A stretch of 56,509 nt of DNA. Source: Cercozoa sp. M6MM (taxonomy: Eukaryota > Protista > Endomyxa: Ascetosporea). Below the pieces are notes generated by a model that worked only from the letters and a program-made list of their open reading frames with translations, was not told the origin of the DNA and did not search any database. Position numbers and translations under genes: made by a program. Shown here in pieces: positions 46,105-56,509 of the stretch. The DNA is taken from assembly GCA_040357565.1 (NCBI GenBank), contig JBDODJ010000074.1. One strand, given 5' to 3'. Position 1 is the first letter of the stretch, and every line of letters begins with the position of its first letter.

Positions 46105-49100
46105 ATGGCTGACGAGCACGAGCAGCCTGTTGAGCAGATTGACGATGGGCCACCTCCATCGCTTCGACGACGTCGACTCATCTTCGACGCATTGCGAAAC
46201 ATCGTCGAAGATCGCGAAATGAAAGGAAGCGCGTCAGTTGGTACGTTTGCTTTCGCTTGGGGCGCCGGTTACCACGGGCAACTCGGGCGCAAGCAGCAAC
46301 GCGGCCAAAAGAAGTACTCAAACGAGCCAGTGTTCGTCGCGATGGAAGGCAACACCTCGGTGGCGCAGGTTCATGCAGGTGGTTTGCACTCAACCGTCGT
46401 GACTTCGCGTGGACATGTACTGTCGTGGGGTGATGGGCGCTCCTGGCAACTCGGCCATGAGCACGAAGGTTTCGTGTCTCAAGCAACACCGCGACTGGTG
46501 GATTCGCTCGCCGGTGAACACACGATTTGCCAGGTCGCGTGTGGACAGTCGCACACACTTGCGTTGACTCGCAACGGCGACATGTTCTCTTGGGGCTTTG
46601 GTCGCTACGGCCAGACCGGACAAGGTGACCGGCAGAACGTGCGCTTGCCACAGAAGCTTGCTCCGATTCCAGACCTTGAGGGTGCAGCCGTGGTCTCAAT
46701 CTCATGTGGAGACAAGCACTCGGCTGCACTTCTCAGCGATGGACGTGTGTATACCTGGGGTTGCGGAGAGCATGGTCAACTGGGTCTGGGATTCCTTGGC
46801 ACCTCAAGCGATGTACTCGTACCAACGCAGGTGGGCCCAGACTTCTTTCGCGGCGAGAACCCCAATACTCACCAAGACGAGCGCGAAAACCAACTCAAGG
46901 CAGAGAGTCACCGCATAGTGCAGGTCGAGTGTGGCGCGATTTTTACGGCCTTTGTGCGTGCCGATGGTGCTGTGTTTGTCTCGGGCTTTGGCGAGTACCT
47001 GTACCCAGGTCAGTCGCAGAACTTTTTCTACGAGCCGCTGCGCATAAGTCTGCCGCGTGGCACGCGTGTTTCGCGCGTTGCTTGTGGACAGTCGCACATT
47101 GTAGCACTAACGGAATCAAAAGAAGTTGTTACATGGGGCTCTGGAGAGTACGGCCAGCTCGGACACGGAGTGCGGCACAACTCGACAATTGCGAAAGTCG
47201 TGTTGCCAGCGTCGAAGAACGTTGTGAGCATCGCTGCTGGGCGATACCACTCTCTCGCTCTTACTGGCATGGGCACTGTGTACGTCTGGGGCAACAATGA
47301 CAACGGACAGCTCGGTCTGCCGCAAGGCGATCCAACGATTGTGCCGAAAGTGCTTGAAGCGGTATCCTTTCAGCTCCACATACCACCTTACCTTTTCCTT
47401 ACCACGATGCCTGCAGGCGCTGCCCATGGTGGTGGGCCAAGTTGACTGCGGCGAGCATCATACCATGGCACTCACTTCAACTCGCTGGAGTGCGTTGTCG
47501 AGCGAAATTGAGGAATGGCTTGCTGCCGAGACGCACGAGCACTCGCTAAAAATCCAGATTCTCCGCAAGACGAACCGTGTGCTGACTCGCAAAGATCTCA
47601 CAGGTAAAGCCTTCTTCAGTATGCCCAAAGCACGGAATAGACGCATTCCTCTTGCCGTGCACAGAGATAGCAGAAGAAATGACGAAGTGGCAAGCTGCAC
47701 GCGAGAAGACAAAACAAGCGGCACGCGAGCAAGACCGCAAAACCGAGAAGCGTGGTGTCGATGCTGTACAAAGCGTCAAGGACGTGCGTCGCGACATCAG
47801 CCTGTCGGTGCCTGCTGTGCGCAAGATAGCGCCACGCCTGAGTCGCACCGAAGGTGGCGACGCAGCCACACTGCTGTCTGTCACGACGCAAGATACAACA
47901 GCTCTTGCCGTTGCTGCAGCCGAGGAAGAGTTTGGACGTAAGGGATCGCCTTCCGCAGCAGACAAAGAGGCACATATAGTGGCGGCACCTTCTGTTCCGC
48001 CCAGTGGGAGCGAGGCCTTGCCGATTGAAAAAGAGAAGCGTAGTGCCACTATTGTTCCAAAGTCGAGTGCCAGTGGCAGCGACAGTGGTATGTTGAGTCC
48101 GGGCCCGCACGAGCGCTCCGCAACGCGTCGAGGCGACGCTAGCAACGTGACGAACCTCGCTCCCAATGCTAAGGCATCGCGTGTGGTGTTTCTGCGCGAC
48201 GCAGCCGGTCTAGTCGAACACATGACGCAGACGCTAAGTCAGGACGGGGGAGGTGAAATCTCGGCGGCACAACTTGAGGAGGCAATGACGGCGCAAGTGT
48301 TCGACCTGCGCAAGCAGCTGGACAAACTCAAGTGCGCCACTGAGCAAAAACGCCAGCGACTCATTGAGATACGCCGCGAGTTGAACTACATGACTGAGGC
48401 GGAGAAGTCGATGAAGGAAGCCCGTGCTCGTCGCGCCGAGGAACTCCAGCGCCTCACAATGCAACTCGACACGGTGACAATCAAGATTGCCGAGGCCGAG
48501 GAAAACCGGCGCAACTATGAGTTAAATATCTCACACCTCAAGGAGGAAGAACTCGAGCGCTTCTTCTATATGGAGTCGCTCCGCAAGCAAACTGCCGAAA
48601 CCAACGCTCTGTGTCGCAAAATGCTCTCGCTGCGCAAGGATGCGCAGCAGGAACAGCAGGCGTCGGAGCAGAACCTCCAAGCTTTCCGGCAGGAGACAGA
48701 GGAACTTATGACACTGGCCGAGCAGCAGCTGAAGCGGATCCAGACCATCCACGAGCAGCGACAAGAGCAACGAAAGGAACGCATGGAGGCTCGGGCAGCC
48801 GAGGACGCCAATGCGGCGCGTGCACAGCGAGAGGCGCAGCGAGCACGCGTGGTGGAAGCGACGAAAGCGAAGGAAACGCAGCGCACGCTCGAGACACAGT
48901 TGGAGCAGGCACTGCAAGAACGTGCAGAGCTCGAGCAGCAAATGGAACAAGTGCGCAAGGTGACAGGCCTCACCGACCCCGAGAAGATCATCGAGCAGTA
49001 CTTTGTGAAGACGCAGATCAAGAATGAACTTGAAGCAGAGGCACAGCGCAAGCATGAGGAACTGGCCGCACTGCGAGACCAAGTGGCCGCCGTGGACGAG

Positions 49101-49780
49101 CAACTCATGCAGCTCTCACAGTCGGACTCTACAACTGACCTTCGCTGGCGCGACGTGGACGAGCGACAGCGTGCACTGCTGGCAGAGCAAGCACGCGTGG
49201 AGCGACTGGCAGCCGAGGCACGTGCGAGCGAGCAGGAACTGAGTCGCCTGCAGCAAGCAGTGGCAGCCATGCTGGCACAGCTGGCGGCGTTGGCACCCAA
49301 GGAGACCGCCAAGCAGGTGCGACACGACGTGCGTCGTCTCCTGGCCCAGGTCGCCGCAATTGCAGCGCAAAAGCAACAGTTCCGCGACGAAGCTGCCGCG
49401 CTGGCAGCGGGCGAGAAGGAAGAAGAAACTTCCGTCCTCAATGTCTGGCCGACCGAACTCTTCGTCTCGGCCATTGAGTTGCTCCAGAAACACTTTGACG
49501 ACATTCGTCAGCGCGTGCATGATGGTACCTACGAACCGTGTGCGGTGCCGCTCGCCAAAAGCAACACGCCCGGCGGTGGTACAGTGCTAATCTTGATTTA
49601 CCTACCATGCGAAGCGCTATTGTGCGTAAATACACTGCAGTACCCCCGAAGAAGACCAAAACTCCAACAGGTGAGCGCGGCGAGAGCTCGCACACTGAAG
49701 ACAGCAATACCACGAGCAACACAAAGTCGCACCGACGCACGAAACCGCGCGCACGTGGAACTGCAAAAGCACGTCGCTGA
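46105..49780 (+). CDS. RCC1-repeat beta-propeller fused to a long coiled coil resembling outer-dynein-arm docking-complex subunits
   Basis: About seven RCC1 repeats (WGAGYHGQLG, WGDGRSWQLG, WGFGRYGQTG, WGCGEHGQLG, WGSGEYGQLG, WGNNDNGQLG); coiled coil with VRKVTGLTDPEKIIEQYF; three short introns join in phase. Confidence 0.85.
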
Positions 49781-50013
49781 ATCAACTGCGCCGAGCTTTT
49801 GCCAACGCCGAACTGCGGGTCTAATTGTGAATCTAGTCTGTCGCTGTACGAAAATAAGTTACCGGCTCTCATCCTTAGCAAAATTAGTCAGCCTAGTAGG
49901 TTGTTTGATGTTGGTGGTAACAGATAGGACCATAGGATACTGTCTGTAAAAAGTAAGTAGTAATTTAAATAGCCTTAGTAACGGTACGCGCGGGCAGCGC
50001 ACCGTCGCACACG

Positions 50014-53000
50014 TTAGATCAGCGAAACAGTGCAGTCTGGTAGATCAGATGTAAGCCTCGTCGCACGCACGTGCCAACAGCGGCAAGCTCTCCAAATCCG
50101 TGTCATTGTTTGCAATGGCACTGCCGATAGAACAATGCAACCAATGCTCCCAGAGCCGAACACAGAACTTATCCAGACGCAAGAGATGCGGTACCGCAAC
50201 AGATCGTCGTTGGAAAATGTAACTTCGTCAAAATGGAGTTTCGCAAAACTTTCGAACTCTTGGACAAAGCGAAAAGGCCACTGAACCAAGAAAGCTACAA
50301 AGCGGTTTGAGTCACAAACATCATGTAGATAGAAACGCACGTCAAAAAAGTTAACATCGCCGACTGGACGTTGTTCTGCACCGTGCTTGTCTTCCAGTGG
50401 ACGACGGTAAGTGACTGCGCAAACAAGTCACAACCAAAGAATCTATACACCAAAACACTAAAGCACGGCATACCGGGCTTCGTCGTATAGAGAGAAACGG
50501 CCATATCGTCAGCGATTTGTGCAGCGACCTCCGACAACACGCAATACCGCGTGCACTCGGGCAGCGGCTCAAGCGAAAACATCTCAAGCTCTCGTTCCTA
50601 CTTTGAAGTTAGGACAGCACACTCGACATGGATACTCATTCCACAGCACTAAAAGAGCTTACCTTGCACACCTGACGTACGTACTTGACAATATCTGCGC
50701 GGTTCCACTGCGTCCCGTGCATCGTCCGTAACCGTTCGACGAAGCAACCAATCAACGCAGCCACTTGGCGACCCTACCGGCCATATCACGAGGTATTCTC
50801 CATAAGACTAGACCATAGGACTAGCCGTACAACATAGGTACCGCCAGCGCCTTTTCAAACCGATCGTGCTGTTTCTTATCGGCGTACTTGCTGCAGCAGG
50901 AACATAGAATACGGTATATATCATGTAACAATAAAAAGTGCCGTGTACAACTCGAACGGTAGCCGTGCCTGCGCAAAGCGGCGCAGCAATTTTCGCTGGT
51001 GAGCGTTCCGCCGACGCAGGCACGAAAAGAGGCCGCGACGCACTTGTCTGAAATCAGGCAAGTATCGCTGACTTTGAACGCATTGGAAATCACCCAAACT
51101 TTAAATTTACTTTGCGTGCTCACTTCGTTTCACGCTCACAGTTTCGATCAGCTCAGCGATCGCGACACAAGACTCTGCAAAATGTGTTGCATTCGGGGAA
51201 CACCGAAACAGAAGGCATGGAAATCGTGTACCGTGGCACGGGAACGCAGGACGGCGTTTGGGTGGGTACTGTCTCAAATCTGTCTGCAGAGAATAGTGGA
51301 GAATCGTAGGCAAGCAGACGGATAGCAAAAGCTAAGAAATTTACCAAGTGCAGCGCGATACGCAAAAACGAATTGGAACACATCCGTGTCTGTTTTGGAC
51401 TGTGCGAGTTGCGTGGTATAGAGACCAAGGTTGCGAAGAAAGAAAGGTGTAATACATGAACTTGAACGCTTGGGATATATCCTTGTGCAAAAACGCGGAG
51501 TGCGTGCTCTCAAAGCAACTAGATTTCACACAAATCATTGGGAGGTTACTTTCAGAAAAAAGAATGTACTGCGGAGAATGACCAAAGTACGAAGGTCCAT
51601 CGGGACCAAAGGTGCTCCAGCTACAGGTAACGATAGTCGATTGTAAAGAACAGCGAGAGCAAGTAGGTGCGATACAGGATAACAAGGGGACGCAAAATCG
51701 CAGCAATTCCGGCCGCAGCTTCGCGGGTTTTGTCCTTTAGTTCGACAACCCGAACGTTCAGTGGCTTTTCTGTCTCAAAAAAACTTGCTGTTGCTACAAA
51801 AAATGCCTCGTATGCCTCTTACCATTGTGATCCCGAAAGAGATCTCGACGGTCCCAATTTCGATACAGCAACTGCTGCGACGGCAGAGACGCGAATCTCG
51901 CGTTGCCGCCGCTGCTGAACACGCGCGAGTGCACTAGTCAGAGAACACGAGAAACGTCTCAGAATAAACAAAGAAAACAGTCAGAAAGGAAGAGTACGGG
52001 TCAGTATTAGTTTGGTCTTGGTCACCGTCAGCACTGGCGCGAAACCCGAAGCAGCAAAGGCAATGCAGGCACCATTGCCACCGAGCTCCTCGCCCAACTC
52101 AAACTTCACCTTCTGTTTCAACAGTGCCGATACTTTGAGGTACGCCTCAAGTCAAATCAAATGCGAAAAACAACTGTACATCGAAAGCAAGCAAGGCCGG
52201 GAGGGCCATCTCGCCGTCGCAATGCTGCGACGTGGCGAAACCGTAGCGTGCACGCGGAGGAGGCAGCACATCGTATACTGGACACTTAGGCGAATACCAC
52301 TGTGCACAGCTACATAGAAAAACAGTTAAACTCACAGTGCGGGAGAACGGCGAGCAGTGCGAAGCGAAAGTTGTCGCTGATTATGTCGAAATCACTAGCC
52401 ACTTCGTTCTGTCAAAACACGAGTAGTCGACGCATAAGAGCAAAGTGACACTTTATACCATGCTGGGTGAGTAATGCAAGCCGTGAGGGTAGTCCTGTTG
52501 CCTCCCAAAAACAAACGATCGCAAGTCTACAGTTCAGCAAAAACAACAGAAAGAAACAAACGTATTCGTCCACGTCGTCGCGCACGTTCTGGAAGTAATG
52601 GCACTCGAGCAACCAGCGTGGTTCGAGCGCCCGCAGCGCCTGTCTCTCGTGCAGCAGGCGCCACAGCATCGCGTGATGCCAGTTTGGGTCCTGCAACAGT
52701 TGTCAAAGTTGTACAAGCTGGAGTATCGATTGTAAAAGCAGTGTACCACGTCGGACGAGCCGAGAGCGAGTGTGGTTTCACATAGAGACTCACGTATCCA
52801 CCATGGCGGGGCTGAATTGCAGGCTTTACTGAAGAAAGCGAGCTGCAAACTACAAGCTAAACGTAAGTACACTTGGGCGACGGCTTCCTCGCTTCGATAG
52901 CCGAGCGCCATGATTTGCAACTGTACCAATTCATCTTTTGCGAGTATGCTTGAGTGCGTGCTATCCGGCCAGGCAATTTACCACAAGCGAGCGTTGATGA

Positions 53001-53134
53001 GCTCATCGGCCGTCAAGAAGTTGTGCACTAGACAAACCACGCCACATGCTCTATTCAACGCCCCACACGAAAGATCGAGATTTACCTCGCTCTTGTAACA
53101 GCCACAAAAAGTGAGGGCTTGCCGGCAGCGACAT
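50014..53134 (-). CDS. F-box protein (N-terminal F-box, unrecognised C-terminal region), many introns
   Basis: MSLPASPHFLWLLQER|VHNFLTADELINARLC|CKSWRSAI is F-box-like. Downstream exons chain in phase through ~51790-50840; 3' end approximate. Confidence 0.6.
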
Positions 53135-53375
53135 TATTATTCTTCGCACGTTGATCTGATATCGCCGACTATTGATGTGCCTATATCTCTTCAAGTCTCT
53201 CTGGGATCTATTGGTATGATACAGTGCTCGTACAGTATTTTTCTGAGAATTGCTTGTAAATTTTATTATTTCTGGCACAAGCAGACGCTGGCGTACGGTA
53301 CACTATACACTACAAGTATACCGACGCCGCTGTGCGACTGAGTTTACGTTAGTTTAACTTGATTGAACTTGAGAA

Positions 53376-53957
53376 TTAGCCGGCAAACGGGACCATTGCT
53401 GGCGCTGTAACAACGTACATGTGTCCCTCGTGGATGGGCGCCGTGCGGTGCTCGCAGCTGACATATAATTGCTAGTTTTCGCCAGAAACGGCAACACATT
53501 TTGCGACTAGGAATAGCATGGCAAAACGATACCCAACCATCGGGAACAGCAGCAAATCGCCTCGTTTGGGCGTGAGTTGCTTCACTTTGCCTAGACAGGA
53601 GGGGTAAGGGGGGGGGGGGGGGGGGGGGGGGGGCGGGTGAACATGCTACCCTGACGATTGACGCGAAACTGAACGGCGCCGCCGCGTTCGGGTGCTTGCA
53701 GTGTCAGCACGTAGGTGATAAGGCCGTACGACTGGTGCAGTGTCTGGTGAGACAAGGTCGTTCAGTGCACAGCTGGTAGACAAACACAGTAGACACAGGG
53801 GACAAGGGTACCCCGTCAATGTTCTGCACAAAGACTTCCATGTCGTCGGTGTGCCAGTCGAAGCGACCGCCGGGTTGGTAGCGTGCCATGCGCACGCCGA
53901 CTGGCACACGAGTCGGGCCCTACCGAAAAGAAGAGCGTGAGGGCGGGGGACATCAAG

Positions 53958-54017
<60 letters not shown>

Positions 54018-55179
54018 GAGACAGTCTACCAAAGCACGCAGTTCTTTCTTCCTGTGCTTGGCGACTTGGTCCACCCACCTGGAGGAACAGTCGTAGGAGG
54101 AGGAAGAAACCACTGATGAGGGAGTCTACTTCTTGGTGACCTCCTGAATAACACTGTCGACTCGCTTGTGTAGCGTTCTGCAAGTCAGACATAGTCAGGG
54201 GCAAAGGGGCAAAGGCTAAAGGGGTAAATGGGCATAAGGGTATAGGGGTATAGGGTAAAGCGGGCAAACAAATCTAAGAATACAAGGCAAGCGATTCGTC
54301 GGCAATGTGAACTCGATTCGACACTGTTTTACCGCTACGAGGGGTAAGCGAGGGATCAAGAGAATATAGAGGTGAAGGGGATAGGGGGGGGGGATAAAGG
54401 GGTAAACACAGCGTACTCGTTGAAGGAAGGCGCTCCGAGTCGCTCGAACCAATCGATGGCGAGCTGTGCTTCCTGCTGCGACAGCACATCGCGCACCAGC
54501 ACTCCTTGCAGCGGCATCTGCGACTGCTTGTCGTACAGTGGCAGCCACTTGACCTGCGCCCACGCCAGACATATCCACATCGGGTTCTCTGACTGGCTGT
54601 GTCCTACAGATCCAAGAACCCACCTTGCCTACTGGTCGATCTTCGAGCTGAGCGAAAGGCGAAGGAACTATTGGGGCATAGCATATAAAGGATATACAGT
54701 GTTGTAGGTTACTGCATACAAACTAAAGTACCAGAGTAGACCCAGGTTTGGCCTGTCCAGCCTGACCAGGCTTCTGCAGCACCTTTCAAACACATGACCT
54801 GTCCACACCAGTCCATACTCCTATGATGATACCCTTGTCAAGACGTGCCGGTGCCGGCAGGAACGTCCGTGTCTCGCGAGTAGTTTGTTTGGGCTCCCAG
54901 TGGACTGTCTCTCCACTGCACATGCACAGACTCTGCATACCACCCACGCCGTACACACGACAGCAGTCTTACTAAACGCCGAAATGCTGCCCGTTGAAAG
55001 AATAATGCGCGTCCGACATAAACGGATTTAGCGGCACTCGCAACTGCCGCACTGAAACTTCGCATCGATCCTGTACCGGGGCATACGGAATCACCGATCG
55101 CAGACGATGGATAATTGACGAAAGGTACCCCCAGTGCCAACACCGATACACACAAAAAGACGACTCCTGCTAACCACAT
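53376..55179 (-). CDS. Secreted Fe(II)/2-oxoglutarate dioxygenase (prolyl-4-hydroxylase-like fold)
   Basis: Signal MWLAGVVFLCVSVLA; LVRDVLSQQEA; RMARYQPGGRFDWHTD (HxD); PKRGDLLLFP; EHRTAPIHEG (distal His). Confidence 0.82.
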
Positions 55180-55700
55180 TCTCACAACACGAGTTACACT
55201 GTGTTCGAGCGGGTAAGCTGATCGTTCTCGCGCTGTAATATACGAGCACAGCACCGAGAAGATCAAGTAGTCAGGCTACAGTGCGGAGTGGCTGATCAAC
55301 GACCTTGTTGCCTAAGGGTTGCGCCTACAGGGGTACGTGCGTGCACTGTGACAGGGTGTGTAATAGAGGTAAGGCGATTTGAGTTAGAGTTGTTCTTTGC
55401 GACCGTGCACGTGTGTTTGTTTGACTGACACAGACCAGTCGCAGCCTTAAGCAAGAGTGACGACAGATTAAGTGGGCATCGGCGATCAGTGCTCTCCGCC
55501 TTGTTGCACCCCACGCAAGAAACTCGCTCTAGTGAGCTGCTAGGGCGTCTGCTGCGTGCCACGTGCGTGTGACATAGTCCATCATGGTGCCGTCGAGCTC
55601 TGTCACCTTAGAGTTTTGAGTGTTTTTGTTTTGTGCCTGTGTGCCGGTGTTTTCCCGCCAGACCAAAAAGGACACGGGTGTGTTGCTTGCGCAGGTGGAC

Positions 55701-56509
55701 ATGTCGCGACTGCGCTTCTGGCACCGGCCAGACACGACACTTTCCCCGAGGGGGACACGGTAGGCAGTAACCTGCAGCCTGGTGTGCTTGCAGTATCGAT
55801 GCTTTTTGTGCTCAGTGTCGTGCACTGCTCGATGCCTGTCAAGAACGAACATTTTGCCGACAATCGTGTCAAGAACACAAAGTACGGTATGTGGTTCCCT
55901 TAACCAATGTGTGTGTGCGTGTCCAAATGTACCGCTTGTGTGCCAGAGTGGTACTCGTTCATCCCGAAGAACCTGGCCGAGCAGTTCTCGCTGCACATCA
56001 ACCGTTACTTCCTGTTCATCGCGTGCCTCCAACTGATCTCGGTACACCCAGTCGGTGCAGTGATGTGGCACGTGCCAAGAGTGACCTGACCCCTGACACG
56101 GTTTTGCAGGTGATCACTCCGGTGAACCCGCTGACCACGTGGGGCCCACTGGCCGTGATCTTTGCCATCTCGGCCGCCAAGGAGTTCGTCGATGATCGCG
56201 GGTACTGACGCATGTGACCACCCATGTGATCACCCATATGACCACCCCATATGACCACCCATGTGACCACCCATGTGACCACCCATGTGACCGCCCATCG
56301 ACCTGTATACTCTTGCAGTCGTGCACGTGCTGATCGCGAGGCCAACGAGCGACGCTACCTGGTGCACTTCCCTTTTGCCCCCTTTACCCCTTGTACCCCT
56401 TTACCCCTTCACCCTTTTTACCCCATATACCCTTTTACCCCCCTCTACCCAGGTCGTGCGAGGCGAGCGTTTGGTTCCGACGCGTGCCGCTGAGATCGAG
56501 GTAGCTTTT
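55701..56509 (+). CDS. P4-type ATPase phospholipid flippase, 5' part only
   Basis: FADNRVKNTKY|EWYSFIPKNLAEQF...NRYFLFIACLQLIS|VITPVNPLTTWGPLAVIFAISAAKEFVDD...RADREAN. Confidence 0.95.
56211..56295. repeat. 12-bp tandem repeat (CATGTGACCACC) x~7 in a flippase intron
   Basis: Seen directly, with minor variants. Confidence 0.92.

Noticed and set aside
48531-49504. Long antisense ORFs opposite the coiled-coil exon, and opposite the subtilisin and RPL31 exons
   Set aside because: Expected shadows of GC3-rich coding sequence, with no recognisable motifs.
50014-51430. A separate gene downstream of the F-box gene
   Set aside because: Exons chain in phase from ~51790 through ~50840, so a single gene is more parsimonious, though unverified.
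56211-56295. CRISPR-like appearance of short repeats (also ~16298 and ~20190)
   Set aside because: Head-to-tail repeats with no unique spacers, no cas genes, and a eukaryotic non-coding context.

Overview
Gene-dense, intron-rich eukaryotic nuclear DNA from a protist-like genome. It uses the standard code (TAA, TAG and TGA all act as stops), has mostly ~50-70 nt GT-AG introns, and carries many microsatellites almost confined to introns plus three 10-N gaps. The ORF track is largely uninformative because exons are short, so gene models were spliced by eye and internal boundaries are approximate. In order: a multi-C2 ferlin (-, runs off the left end); a HIG1/Rcf-like membrane protein; a DH-PH RhoGEF; two convergent proteinase-K-type subtilisins with a relic of a third between them; ribonucleotide reductase R2 head-to-head with an Aim32/Apd1-type 2Fe-2S protein across a palindromic E2F site; a small hypothetical gene; RidA; RPL31, hosting an snR53-like C/D snoRNA and a highly structured 5'-UTR intron; Nup50; a divergent AAA+ gene; two hypotheticals; a calmodulin-like gene; a membrane-anchored PhoD phosphatase; a GTPase-less GNL3/Nug1 N-terminal gene; a DUF5765-like membrane protein divergent from a cytochrome-b5 front-end desaturase; a Pro/Cys-rich type II membrane protein; an RCC1 plus dynein-docking-complex-like coiled-coil gene; an F-box gene; a secreted 2OG-Fe(II) oxygenase; and the start of a P4-ATPase flippase (runs off the right end). 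No mobile element, CRISPR array, rRNA or tRNA was recognised. The best leads are the structured RPL31 leader intron, the GTPase-less GNL3, and the RNR2-ferredoxin and DUF5765-desaturase divergent pairs. Family assignments are from motif recognition, not database searches.
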